Positions 26,917-35,992 of a DNA stretch of 64,000 nt are shown here, in pieces. The DNA is taken from contig JAEWSP010000001.1 in NCBI GenBank assembly GCA_023459795.1, forward strand, positions 17,242-81,241, given 5' to 3'. The translations under genes and the position numbers were made by a program. The notes under the pieces are model-generated. The model had not been told where the DNA came from and made no database searches. It saw only the letters and a list, made by a program, of their open reading frames with translations. This DNA comes from Bacillota bacterium. GTDB taxonomy: Bacteria; Bacillota_I; Bacilli_A; RFN20; CAG-288. Every line of letters starts with the position of its first letter. Within the stretch, counting starts at the first letter, position 1.

Positions 26917-29900
26917 TTACCGATCATCGCCATCGGACAGATCGTCGTCCTTGGTTTCCGTATTGGCCTGGCTGACCGGGACCGCTTCGATGCCGTCATC
27001 GGAATCGTCGACAAGCGGGAGATTTCTCTGGGCTTCATCGGCTTCCTTCTTCTCCTTGTTGGAGTCGAAGGTATTGATTTCACGACGGATCTTACGGCTG
27101 GCAAGCTCGGCCTGCTCGGAGATGGTATCCATGTTGATAGAAGTATTGTCCTTCTTGTAGAGTTCGACATTGATGCCGAGACCCTGCAGTTCCTTGATGA
27201 GAACACGGGTCGACTCCGGCATATTCGGACGCGGAACAGGCTCGCCCTTGAGGATGGCTTCGTAGGTCTTGTTACGTCCGACCATATCATCCGACTTGAT
27301 AGTAAGCATTTCCTGGAGAGTATAGGCAGCTCCGTAAGCTTCCAGAGCCCAAACCTCCATTTCACCGAATCTCTGACCGCCGTTCTGGGCCTTGCCGCCG
27401 AGAGGCTGCTGGGTAACCAGAGAATACGGACCGATAGCACGGGCATGAAGCTTATCTTCGACCATATGGTCGAGCTTGATCATGTACATGACACCGACAG
27501 CGATACGGGAATCGAAACGTTCGCCGGTCTGTCCATCGTAGAGGATGGTCTTGCCATCGGAATCGATATTGGCTTCCTTCATGAAGGAAGCAATCTCCTC
27601 ACGGGTTGCACCATCAAAGACCGGAGTAGAGGCCTTGATGCCAAGCTTCTTGCAGGCATAGCCTAACTGGACTTCGAGAACCTGACCGATATTCATACGG
27701 GAAGGAACACCCATCGGGGAGAGGCAGATATCGATCGGGGTACCATCCGGAAGATACGGCATATCTTCGACCGGGAGGACACGGGAGATAACACCCTTGT
27801 TTCCGTGACGGCCGGACATCTTATCGCCAACCTGGATCTTTCTCTTCTGGATGACGTAAACATCGATGGATTCGAGAACATCCGGCGGAAGTTCATCACC
27901 ACGGGCACGGCTGAAATGCTTGACATCGAGAATGATGCCTTCGCCGCCATGCGGAACGCGGAGAGAAGAATCCTTATCATCTTCGCTCTTGGAAGAGAAG
28001 ATGGACTTCAGAAGATGGTCGTTATTCGTCTCGCTGACTTCACCCTTCGGAGTAGTCTTTCCGACAAGGATATCGCCCTCGCGGACTTCAGCTCCAGGAA
28101 TGATGACACCCTTCTCATCGAGGAAGGACTTCTTGGCTTCGGAGAGGTTCGGAACATCTCTCGTGAACTCTTCATCGCCGAGCTTCGTCTTTCTTCTCTG
28201 GACGGAATAGACTTCGATGATGAGGTTGGTGAAAAGGTCGTCCGTAACACAGCGCTTGGAAATCAGAGTTGCATCCTCGTAGTTATAGCCATGCCAGGTA
28301 GTGAAGGCGATGAGGACGTTCTGGCCAAGGGCAAGGTCTCCGTGATCCATACTCGGACCATCGGCAATGATCTGTCCGGCCGCAATCTGGTCTCCGGCCT
28401 TGACGATCGGAGTCTGGTTGATGCAGGTACGCTTGTTGGAGCGGATGAACTTCTTGAGCTTATAGGTAATATCTCTTCCGTCATCCTGATGGATGACGAT
28501 TTCCAGGCCGTCGACATACTTGACGGTACCGGAAACCTTGGCGACAAGGGCTTCGCCCGAGTCGTGAGCAATCTTATCTTCCAAACCGGTTCCGATGAGC
28601 GGAGCTTCCGGATGGAGAAGCGGAAGAGCCTGACGCTGCATATTGGAACCCATGAGGGCACGTTTGCCATCATCGTTCTGAAGGAACGGAATGCAAGCAG
28701 CAGCGACGGAAACAATCTGCTTCGGAGAGGCATCGATGAAATCGACGGTCTCCTTGGCAACGTTCACATACTCGCCGTTACGGCGGGCAGAAACAATATC
28801 CCGGACAATCTTGCCATTGGAGACAGGAACATTAGCCTGGGCAATGACATGGTTCTTTTCATCATCGGCAGAGAACCAGACGACATCCTTAGGATCGTTA
28901 TCGATAACGCAGTCCTTGACCGGACGGTACGGAGTCTCCAGGAATCCGAACTGGTTGACTCTAGCGTAGCAGGCGAGGTTGGAGATAAGTCCGATGTTCT
29001 GACCTTCCGGAGTTTCAATCGGGCAGATTCTGCCGTAGTGGGTCGGATGGACATCACGGACAGCGCTCGAAGCTCTGTCACGGGTAAGACCTCCACGGCC
29101 TAGAGCGGAAAGACGGCGCTTGTTGGTAAGCTCAGCAAGAGGGTTCGTCTGATCCATGAACTGGGAAAGGGAATCCGAATTGAAGAACTGGTTGACGCTG
29201 GAGGTAAGGGCCTTGATGTTGATAAGGCTCGAAACCTGAAGCTGGGTAAGATCAGAAGTGGACATTCTATCGTGGATAGTACGCTTCATCTTGCCAAGAC
29301 CGCCACGGAACTTCTCGACGATGAGTTCGCCAACGCAACGGACTCTCTTGTTTCCAAGATGATCGGTATCGTCGACTTCGCCGATGCCATCCATAAGGTT
29401 GAGCATATAGGAAAGGCTGGCGATGATATCGGAAATCGTGACAAAGGTAAGATCTACGGTAAGATCGGTACCAACGATGTTGATAACACGGTCGCTTCCG
29501 CTAGGATCCATAACCTTGACAATATTGACGATGGAATGTTCATCGAGTTCCGGATTGCTGGAAAGCTTGAAACGGAACTGTTCGCTGGTCTCGAAGAACT
29601 TATCCTTCTGAAGCTTGCTGACTTCTTCGACGGTAAGCTTATGGCCCTTCTCAAAGAGGATTTCGCCATCATTGGTGGCAATATCTTCTGCAAGAACAAC
29701 ATTCGGAAGACGGTTGTAGATGCCAAGCTTTTCCTGGATCTTGAACCGTCCAGCCTTGCCAAGGTCATAATGTTCCTTGTCAAAGAATCTCTGCTTCAGC
29801 ATCAAAGCAGCAGATTCGAAAGTATACGGTTCACCCGGACGGAGTTTACGGAAGATGGCGCCAACAGCTTCCTTTTCCCGCTCCAAAGCAGACTTCTTCG

Positions 29901-30741
29901 GATTGGCCGGGTTCTTTTCCAGAGCCTTCTTGAGAATCTCCGAATTGCCGAAGAGTCCAAGAACACCGGAAACAACACCGGACTTGTTGCCGGCAGGATC
30001 ATCCGGAAGAGTATTATCCGTTAAGGAATCAGAATCCGAGACGATACCGATGGCACGTAAAAGGACAAGGGCCGGAACCTTCTTCTGCTTGTCGATACGG
30101 ACAGAGAGGAAGTCACGGCTATCAGTGAGATATTCCAGCCAGATACCACGGGCAGGGATGATATCCGAGCCGAAGATGATGCTGGATTCGTTCTTGAGGT
30201 CATTTTCAGACTTCTTGAGCATAACTTCGTCAGCCTTACGGCTGACATAAGCGCCCGGCGAACGGACAAGCTGGGAAGCAATGCACTTCTCGCTGCCGTT
30301 GACGATGAAGGTTCCAGAAGGAGTCATCCACGGGAAATCGCCCATGAAGATCTTCTCTTCGGAAACCGTTCCATCCGGATGCTTCAGACGGAGAGTGACA
30401 TGAAGCGGGGCAGAATAGGTGAGATTGGAAACCTTGCACTCAAAGAAATCGTGCTTAGGCTGATCCCACTGGGCAGACCCTTCCACATAGTCGAGTTCAG
30501 CAACTTCGTCTGTATCGACGACGTGGGCTCTGCTATCCTTGTTCGAGTAAATCGGGAAGATATCCTGGAAGACTTCATCTACGCCCTCAGATTGGAACCA
30601 GGCGAAAGACTGAAGTTGGACATCGCAGAGATTCGGAAGCGGAACCGAGCTCTCGGTCTTCGAGAAGTCGACTCTTCCGTCTTCGGTGATCTTGTATCCC
30701 TTCAGGAATTCAGCAAGATTCGGATTTGACTGTTCAGCCAT
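26917..30741 (-). CDS. rpoB: DNA-directed RNA polymerase subunit beta
   Basis: Conserved blocks such as GRHGNKGVISRVLPVEDMPYL and PLGGKAQNGGQRFGEMEVWALEAYGAAY. ATG 30741 (GAGGT RBS, 7-nt spacer) is preferred over 30762. Confidence 0.95.
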   Translation of the reverse strand: MAEQSNPNLAEFLKGYKITEDGRVDFSKTESSVPLPNLCDVQLQSFAWFQSEGVDEVFQDIFPIYSNKDSRAHVVDTDEVAELDYVEGSAQWDQPKHDFFECKVSNLTYSAPLHVTLRLKHPDGTVSEEKIFMGDFPWMTPSGTFIVNGSEKCIASQLVRSPGAYVSRKADEVMLKKSENDLKNESSIIFGSDIIPARGIWLEYLTDSRDFLSVRIDKQKKVPALVLLRAIGIVSDSDSLTDNTLPDDPAGNKSGVVSGVLGLFGNSEILKKALEKNPANPKKSALEREKEAVGAIFRKLRPGEPYTFESAALMLKQRFFDKEHYDLGKAGRFKIQEKLGIYNRLPNVVLAEDIATNDGEILFEKGHKLTVEEVSKLQKDKFFETSEQFRFKLSSNPELDEHSIVNIVKVMDPSGSDRVINIVGTDLTVDLTFVTISDIIASLSYMLNLMDGIGEVDDTDHLGNKRVRCVGELIVEKFRGGLGKMKRTIHDRMSTSDLTQLQVSSLINIKALTSSVNQFFNSDSLSQFMDQTNPLAELTNKRRLSALGRGGLTRDRASSAVRDVHPTHYGRICPIETPEGQNIGLISNLACYARVNQFGFLETPYRPVKDCVIDNDPKDVVWFSADDEKNHVIAQANVPVSNGKIVRDIVSARRNGEYVNVAKETVDFIDASPKQIVSVAAACIPFLQNDDGKRALMGSNMQRQALPLLHPEAPLIGTGLEDKIAHDSGEALVAKVSGTVKYVDGLEIVIHQDDGRDITYKLKKFIRSNKRTCINQTPIVKAGDQIAAGQIIADGPSMDHGDLALGQNVLIAFTTWHGYNYEDATLISKRCVTDDLFTNLIIEVYSVQRRKTKLGDEEFTRDVPNLSEAKKSFLDEKGVIIPGAEVREGDILVGKTTPKGEVSETNNDHLLKSIFSSKSEDDKDSSLRVPHGGEGIILDVKHFSRARGDELPPDVLESIDVYVIQKRKIQVGDKMSGRHGNKGVISRVLPVEDMPYLPDGTPIDICLSPMGVPSRMNIGQVLEVQLGYACKKLGIKASTPVFDGATREEIASFMKEANIDSDGKTILYDGQTGERFDSRIAVGVMYMIKLDHMVEDKLHARAIGPYSLVTQQPLGGKAQNGGQRFGEMEVWALEAYGAAYTLQEMLTIKSDDMVGRNKTYEAILKGEPVPRPNMPESTRVLIKELQGLGINVELYKKDNTSINMDTISEQAELASRKIRREINTFDSNKEKKEADEAQRNLPLVDDSDDGIEAVPVSQANTETKDDDLSDGDDR

Positions 30742-30767
30742 TCTATTTACCTCACTTGACATTTCTC

Positions 30768-30899
30768 CCCGGTAATTGGAGTACCGGGATTTTGTTGTCT
30801 TTTCAGGAATTATATTCGAATAAAGCCTGTTTTTTCGTTTTTGAGAAAACAGGCACCTTTAGACAACTAAGCCCACCTTGCCGAAAAGGGCAAGGTGGG
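30768..30899 (-). promoter_or_regulatory. rplL-rpoB intercistronic region with three stem-loops (candidate attenuator or processing region)
   Basis: Hairpins are CCCACCTTGCC/GGCAAGGTGGG (30872-30899), GCCTGTTTT...AAAACAGGC (30825-30854, followed by TTTATT on the minus strand) and CCCGGTA/TACCGGG (30768-30788) abutting the rpoB RBS. Confidence 0.45.
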
Positions 30900-30933
30900 A
30901 CCGACAAATTCGAAAGGAAATATGGACTGAAGA

Positions 30934-31308
30934 CTACTTAACTTCGACTTCAGCACCAGCCTTGACGAGCTGATCCTTGATCTGGTTAGCTTCAGCGGCA
31001 GAAATCTTTTCCTTGATGGCGACAGGAGCCTTATCAACAAGCTTCTTGGCATCCATAAGTCCAGTGCCAGTGATGGCCTGAACAGCCTTGATGACAGCAA
31101 TCTTGGCAGTGCCGAAGGACTTGAGGATAACGGAAACCTCAGACGGAGCAGCGGCAGCAGCACCAGCAGCACCGGCAGCCGGAGCAGCGGCAGCGGCAGC
31201 AGCCTTGACACCGAACTCAGTCTCGATGGCCTTGACGAGATCCATGATCTCGACCATGCTCATCTCCTTAAGACCAGAAATAACTTCATCCTTGTTTAAC
31301 TTAGCCAT
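30934..31308 (-). CDS. rplL: 50S ribosomal protein L7/L12
   Basis: [34 protein letters not shown], an Ala-rich hinge, and C-terminal ...[10 protein letters not shown]. Confidence 0.95.
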   Translation of the reverse strand: MAKLNKDEVISGLKEMSMVEIMDLVKAIETEFGVKAAAAAAAPAAGAAGAAAAAPSEVSVILKSFGTAKIAVIKAVQAITGTGLMDAKKLVDKAPVAIKEKISAAEANQIKDQLVKAGAEVEVK

Positions 31309-31346
31309 TGTAATGTTCCTCCAATTAATGGTTTATCGTATCGGAA

Positions 31347-31877
31347 CTAATTGGCAGACGGAGCAGCGGCAGCAGCCGGAGCATCCTTGCCAACCTTCTC
31401 ACCAAGAGCCTTAAGCGTAAGGCCAAGCTGGATGAGTGGGGATTCGAGGGTAGAAAGAAGAATGGAGATAGCATTCTCTTTCGAACCGATCGAAGCGAAT
31501 TCATTAATCGTAGTCTCGTCGCAGAACGTTCCTCCGAGAAGACCAGCCTTGATGCTGAACTGCTTGGAATGAGCGGCAGCGAACTCCTTCAGGACTTCCA
31601 GGCCACCGCCGTCCTTATCGGACGTAACGATACCGTTCGGACCCTTTAAGAACTTATCGAGCTGAGTAGAGTTCTCACCATCGAGAGCCTTCTTAAGCAG
31701 GGAGTTCTTGTGAAGTGCCATCTTCGCATTGTTCTTCTTCAGATCAATACGGAGCTGGTTTACCTCATCGACCGAGATTCCGGAAAAAGAAACGACAACC
31801 ACCGTCTGCGAGGTCTTGAGGACCTTGTCAATGGCGGAAACCTTTTCCTTCTTCTCAGCTAGAATCTGCTGATTCAT
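31347..31877 (-). CDS. rplJ: 50S ribosomal protein L10
   Basis: Position between rplA and rplL. 176 aa with an L10-like pattern (…VVVVSFSGISVDEVNQLR…). Confidence 0.9.
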   Translation of the reverse strand: MNQQILAEKKEKVSAIDKVLKTSQTVVVVSFSGISVDEVNQLRIDLKKNNAKMALHKNSLLKKALDGENSTQLDKFLKGPNGIVTSDKDGGGLEVLKEFAAAHSKQFSIKAGLLGGTFCDETTINEFASIGSKENAISILLSTLESPLIQLGLTLKALGEKVGKDAPAAAAAPSAN

Positions 31878-32058
31878 GGTTTCACCTCCTTTGTGTGTAT
31901 GGTGTATTTAACAATATACTGTTGAGCCGGTTACTCACTATCCTCGGTAACAAATTAAGCAGGAGATCTATTATTGTTCGACCAGTCCCGCAGTTACGGT
32001 CTTAGGTACATTGAGACACCCGAATGAATCGGACGACACGGAATAGAAGAGTAGGGGA
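31878..32058 (-). promoter_or_regulatory. Candidate L10(L12)4 autoregulatory leader upstream of rplJ
   Basis: 181-nt untranslated gap between rplA and rplJ with small hairpins (CCGA-TTCAT-TCGG; GTTAC...GTAAC). The function is inferred from the known L10 leaders of Firmicutes. Confidence 0.3.
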
Positions 32059-32736
32059 CTAGAAGGCGAGCTTGATGGACGGGCCGTAGGTGCTGGAAAC
32101 AGTGATGGAAGTGATGTAGTTGCCCTTGATCGAAGCAGGACGGATACGATTGACAGTATCGAGGACAGTCTGAAGATTGTCGGCGAGTGCCTTTGCATCG
32201 AAGGATGCCTTGCCGAAGTTAACAGCAAGATTTCCATCCTTATCATTGCGGTAAGAAATCTTACCGTTCTTGATTTCCTTGATGGCCTGTCCGATGTTCA
32301 TCGTGACAGTTCCAGTCTTCGGGTTCGGCATAAGTCCCTTAGGTCCGAGAACACGTCCCATGCGGCCTAAGAAGCCCATCATGTTCGGAGTAGCGACGAT
32401 AACGTCGAATCCGAACCAGTTTTCCTTCTGAATCTTATCGAGCATATCCTTCTGACCGACGAAGTCGGCTCCGGCAGCCTTGGCCTCATCAACCTTATCG
32501 GTGATGGCTAATACGCGGACGGTCTTTCCGTTGCCATGCGGCAGGGAAATAGTTCCACGAAGCTGCTGATCGGCCTGCTTCGGATCGATGTTGAGATGGA
32601 AGGAAACATCAATAGTCTCATCCCACTTGGCAGTGGCGGTCTTCTTAACAAGATCGCAAGCCTCGGCGACGGTGTACTTCTTACCCTTCTCAATCAGGGC
32701 GACACTGGCCGCATACTTTTTAGCTAACTTTTTCAT
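32059..32736 (-). CDS. rplA: 50S ribosomal protein L1
   Basis: 225 aa with an L1 pattern (…LRGTISLPHGNGKTVRVLA…GPRGLMPNPKTGTV). Confidence 0.95.
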   Translation of the reverse strand: MKKLAKKYAASVALIEKGKKYTVAEACDLVKKTATAKWDETIDVSFHLNIDPKQADQQLRGTISLPHGNGKTVRVLAITDKVDEAKAAGADFVGQKDMLDKIQKENWFGFDVIVATPNMMGFLGRMGRVLGPKGLMPNPKTGTVTMNIGQAIKEIKNGKISYRNDKDGNLAVNFGKASFDAKALADNLQTVLDTVNRIRPASIKGNYITSITVSSTYGPSIKLAF

Positions 32737-32753
32737 TTTCCAGTTCCCTCTGA

Positions 32754-33188
32754 TTAATCAACAACCGCGATACCCATAGACTTGCAGGAGCCCTCGACGC
32801 AGCGCTCTGCAGCTTCAATGGAATCGACGTTAAGATCAGACTTCTTGTATTCGGCGATCTTCTGAACATCGGCCTTGGTAATCTTGCCGATAGTCTTCTT
32901 CGGATCTCCAGCCTTATCAGTGCCCTTTCTTCCCTTCTCCAACTTGGCTGCCTTAAGGATAAGGTAAGTCGTCGGAGTGGTCTTGAAGGACATATCGAAG
33001 GTACGATCTTCGTAGATCGTGAGAACGCACGGAACGATTTCGTCCTTGCGATCAGCAGTCTTCAGATTGAAGGCCTGGCAGAACTTTCCACCAATGCCGA
33101 ACGGACCAAGCTTCTGACCGAGCTTAGCCGGATTTGCTCCTGCTCCAGGAGCACGGATAATCATCACACGAGTGACTCTTTTAGGCAC
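32754..33188 (-). CDS. rplK: 50S ribosomal protein L11 (divergent N-terminal domain)
   Basis: GTG start at 33188 with GGAGG 8 nt upstream. The C-terminal domain is clearly L11-like (…TTPTTYLILKAAKLEKG…ERCVEGSCKSMGIAVVD). The longer ORF reaching 33272 is a 5' over-extension. Confidence 0.85.
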   Translation of the reverse strand: MPKRVTRVMIIRAPGAGANPAKLGQKLGPFGIGGKFCQAFNLKTADRKDEIVPCVLTIYEDRTFDMSFKTTPTTYLILKAAKLEKGRKGTDKAGDPKKTIGKITKADVQKIAEYKKSDLNVDSIEAAERCVEGSCKSMGIAVVD

Positions 33189-33311
33189 GTTAGTTTCCTC
33201 CTTTATACTTTGGAATCTTGTGCTTGTGGTACTCTCAGTCGTCACCTGACTTCCCACGGTTGGTAGGCGCACTATACCCTAAAAAGGGCATAAAGATGCC
33301 TAACCTTGTAA

Positions 33312-33340
33312 ATTATACTAGGGGAGAATAGTCAATGCAA
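33312..33340 (-). promoter_or_regulatory. Promoter of the rplK-rplA operon (TTGCAT-17-TATAAT)
   Basis: -35 is the reverse complement of 33335-33340 and -10 the reverse complement of 33312-33317. This leaves a leader of roughly 115 nt to the GTG start. Confidence 0.55.
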
Positions 33341-33348
33341 GAAATTTC

Positions 33349-33377
33349 TTGAATAAAGGGGGAAATCATGATATATT
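33349..33377 (+). promoter_or_regulatory. Promoter of rplS (TTGAAT-17-TATATT), back-to-back with the rplK promoter
   Basis: -35 at 33349-33354 and -10 at 33372-33377. A leader of roughly 115 nt precedes ATG 33500. Confidence 0.55.
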
Positions 33378-33499
33378 GACAAATGCTTTCTACCCAAATG
33401 GGAAAGGGAAGCTTACCTGGGTTCCGCCTGAAACCTGTCACATCAGTGAACCGAAGGGACATCCAAATCATTCCAAACTAAATAAAGGAGAACAATCCA

Positions 33500-34012
33500 A
33501 TGAACAAGAATTTAGTTCAGCAGGTGACCGCGACTCAGATCCGTCACGATCTTCCGGACTTCGTTACTGGTGATACCATCCGTATCATGGTCACGATTGC
33601 CGAAAACAACAAGGAAAGACAGCAGGCCTTCGAGGGCACCGTCGTCGCCATCCGTGGCGCCGGAGTCAGCAAGACCTTCATCGTCCGTAAGGATTCTGCC
33701 GGTGTCGGTGTCGAGCGCAACTTCATGCTCAACTCTCCTGCCATCGCTTCCATCACCATCGTCAAGCATTCCAAGGTCCGTCGCAAGAAGCTTTACTTCT
33801 TACGCTCCCGTTCTGGTAAGTCTGCTAGACTTGCTGAGGTCATCCGTAAGGACAAGATCGCTGCTAACTTAGCTGCGACCAAGACGAATGCTGATGCCAA
33901 GAAGGCTGCCGAGAGAGAAAAGGACAAGGCTGCTAAGGCTGCTAAGGCTGCCAAAGTTGCTGAAGCTGCTGAGGCTCCGAAGGCCGAAGCTCCGAAGACT
34001 GAAGCCAAGTAA
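33500..34012 (+). CDS. rplS: 50S ribosomal protein L19 with a roughly 55-aa Lys/Ala-rich C-terminal extension
   Basis: The core VTGDTIRIMVTIAENNKERQQAFEGTVVAIRGAGVSKTFIVRK is typical L19. The tail is KTNADAKKAAEREKDKAAKAAKAAKVAEAAEAPKAEAPKTEAK. Confidence 0.9.
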   Translation: MNKNLVQQVTATQIRHDLPDFVTGDTIRIMVTIAENNKERQQAFEGTVVAIRGAGVSKTFIVRKDSAGVGVERNFMLNSPAIASITIVKHSKVRRKKLYFLRSRSGKSARLAEVIRKDKIAANLAATKTNADAKKAAEREKDKAAKAAKAAKVAEAAEAPKAEAPKTEAK

Positions 34013-34077
34013 ACTTCTTCTTCGCAAAGCCGTTCTTCCTTCTCCGCATATTCTCAAAACAAATTGTGACAAACAAG

Positions 34078-34110
34078 AGAGCCGCCCGGATTCCGGGCGG
34101 CTCTTTCTTT
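34078..34110 (+). terminator. rplS terminator
   Basis: Stem AGAGCCGCCCGG / CCGGGCGGCTCT (34078-34104) followed by TTCTTT. Confidence 0.75.
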
Positions 34111-34135
34111 GCCTTTATATCCCTATATATAACAC

Positions 34136-34173
34136 ATAAAAAGCCTGAGGGTCTAGGAGGAAACCTCAGGCTT
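34136..34173 (-). terminator. Terminator of the sugar SBP gene
   Basis: Stem AAGCCTGAGG / CCTCAGGCTT (34141-34150 and 34164-34173) followed on the minus strand by TTTTAT. Confidence 0.65.
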
Positions 34174-34194
34174 TATTCGAACAGAATCTAGAAT

Positions 34195-35679
34195 TTAGTC
34201 AAGCGAAGCGTTCTTCGGATCGTAGGTAAGTCCAGTATACTTGGTGTTAAGCTTGGTCTGGAAGTCGGTATTAGCAGCGGCGAAAGCACTAGTTCCAGCG
34301 AAGTAGTCTCTCATAGCACCCTGATACTGCTCATTGCAGCCCTGATCATAAGCGGAGATAGGCCCAAGTTTGATGTTAGCAGCAGACTTGGCGAAGAGTC
34401 TGATGTGGTTCTGTCCGCCGAGGAAAGCAGATCCGTAGTTGGCATCATTGGCAATCTCGTTCATAGCAGCCTTGTTGTTGGTGTAGTCAAGGGTATCAAT
34501 AGTGATCTGCTTGGCAATAGCCTTGTCGCAAGTCATCTTCTCCATGATGTCCTTAACTTCCGGAAGGTTATCGGTTCCCTTAGCAGCAGAGATCCAGGTT
34601 CCACCCCAATAGTAAGCGGCAGGTCCTTCGCAGACTCTATACTGACCGAACAGACCGTTTCCAAGCTTCTCGGCACCCTTGGCATCCGCAAGAGAATTTC
34701 CCTTCAGAGTGAAGTTGATACCCCAAGTGGAATAGAAGAATCCGAAGACGTTGCCGCTCGGACCCTGATCAGCAGCCCAGCCATCGCTCCAGAGCTTGCT
34801 GTCTCCGCAATAGCCCTTGCCCGTATAATCCTTGGTCTTCTTGACCCAGTTCTTGATCTGGTCATCGACATGGACAACCTTGCTATCATCAACCCACGAC
34901 TGAGTGGCATTGTTGGAGAAGACACGATACATATCATCGTAGCCGGAAACCATCTTGTGGTTGGCAGCCTTCATATCGGCAGCAACCTGATCAAACTTGG
35001 TCCAGTCGCTCATCTTGTCCTGCATGTAGGCAGCCTGAGCAGCGGCCTTGGTTGCCTTGACGGCATCGGTGTCGCCTTCAGCCGGATCAGCCGGATAATC
35101 AGAATAGACAGCCTTGGCAAGATCGTTACGATAAGCGAAGAGGCCAGGAGTAGCCTGCCAGGAAACACCCTTTAAGGTCTTGGCAGAAGTTCTGGTATCA
35201 GTAACAACAGTCTTGGTGTAATCATACATCTCGCTGAGGTTAGAATCAGTAAGTCCGACATCGTTCTTGACATCAAGAGTGTAATCGGTATTGACATACT
35301 TGGTGGCATAATCGGCCTCGAGAAGGAAGATATCGATCTTGTCATTGTCCTTCTTAGTAGAATCAGAATCCTTCTGCTTCGGAAGAGCAGCATCAAGAGC
35401 ATTCTGATAAGCGTTGCCATCAGTAGGAGTAATCTTGAAATGAACTTCCATACCGTTCTTCAGGTAAGTGATATTGTTCTTGGTATCAACGCCCTTGACG
35501 ATGTCGCCACCGTTCTTATCCGTGTCGATATCCGGATAGTAAGCATTGAATCTTCCCTGGAACTCATTGTTCCAGCACATGATGTTGATTTGACTGCCAG
35601 CAGCAAGGCTCTTCTTGCATCCCGTAAGTCCACCTAAAGTAGCTGCAACAACTGCTAACACAAGAACATTCTTTTTCAT
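34195..35679 (-). CDS. Carbohydrate ABC transporter substrate-binding lipoprotein
   Basis: Signal peptide with lipobox LGGLTGC. GGAGG RBS 8 nt before ATG 35679. SBP family-1-like size. Confidence 0.8.
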   Translation of the reverse strand: MKKNVLVLAVVAATLGGLTGCKKSLAAGSQINIMCWNNEFQGRFNAYYPDIDTDKNGGDIVKGVDTKNNITYLKNGMEVHFKITPTDGNAYQNALDAALPKQKDSDSTKKDNDKIDIFLLEADYATKYVNTDYTLDVKNDVGLTDSNLSEMYDYTKTVVTDTRTSAKTLKGVSWQATPGLFAYRNDLAKAVYSDYPADPAEGDTDAVKATKAAAQAAYMQDKMSDWTKFDQVAADMKAANHKMVSGYDDMYRVFSNNATQSWVDDSKVVHVDDQIKNWVKKTKDYTGKGYCGDSKLWSDGWAADQGPSGNVFGFFYSTWGINFTLKGNSLADAKGAEKLGNGLFGQYRVCEGPAAYYWGGTWISAAKGTDNLPEVKDIMEKMTCDKAIAKQITIDTLDYTNNKAAMNEIANDANYGSAFLGGQNHIRLFAKSAANIKLGPISAYDQGCNEQYQGAMRDYFAGTSAFAAANTDFQTKLNTKYTGLTYDPKNASLD

Positions 35680-35835
35680 TGGTTTTACCTCCATGTGTTC
35701 CGTTATCTTCTCTTCCCGAAGGCTTCTCGGCAGCGAGTTTTTTGATGACAGATTCCGCTTTGCTTCTGTCCCCTTTAGTCTGGCGACTTTTACGACTGCT
35801 GGCTAGAAAGAGCTTTCTTAATCGATTTCGAGAAC

Positions 35836-35864
35836 ATTCTAATTCGGGTCAAATATAAAGTCAA
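35836..35864 (-). promoter_or_regulatory. Promoter of the SBP gene (TTGACT-17-TAGAAT)
   Basis: On the minus strand, -35 is the reverse complement of 35859-35864 and -10 the reverse complement of 35836-35841. Confidence 0.5.
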
Positions 35865-35876
35865 TCGTTTTCGTAA
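35863..35876. promoter_or_regulatory. Candidate LacI-family operator copy 1 (AATCGTTTTCGTAA)
   Basis: This 14-mer overlaps the SBP -35 element. An exact inverted copy lies at 35993-36006, and a related TCGATTTCG at 35822-35830. Confidence 0.4.
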
Positions 35877-35954
35877 AATTTTCTATTTTCTTCGTTTCAA
35901 CCCCTTACAATTCTCGATTTTATCGATATTTATGGGCTTTTCGAAAAATAGTCG

Positions 35955-35982
35955 TTGCTTTTTAACATCCAAAAAGTATAAT
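35955..35982 (+). promoter_or_regulatory. Promoter of the GH94-ABC operon (TTGCTT-16-TATAAT)
   Basis: -35 at 35955-35960 and -10 at 35977-35982. Confidence 0.5.
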
Positions 35983-35992
35983 AATATCGATG

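Noticed and set aside
22838-29103. Very long plus-strand ORFs over rpoC and rpoB (989, 410 and 432 aa). The same applies to 15910..17145 and 18657..19766 over the opp genes, 38347..39939 over the MsmK gene and 41038..41790 over the permease gene.
   Set aside because: These are shadow ORFs of unmistakable housekeeping genes. They have no RBS and no recognisable domains, and their composition is dominated by reverse-complemented preferred codons.
31130-31210. GC-rich GCAGC/GCNGCN repeat tract
   Set aside because: It encodes the poly-Ala flexible hinge of L7/L12 ([20 protein letters not shown]). This is a normal feature of the protein and not a DNA repeat element.
32754-33573. 5'-extended rplK ORF (to 33272) and plus-strand ORF 33349..33573
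   Set aside because: The extension lacks an RBS and L11 similarity, whereas GTG 33188 has GGAGG at optimal spacing. The plus-strand ORF overlaps the rplS promoter, leader and coding start in another frame.
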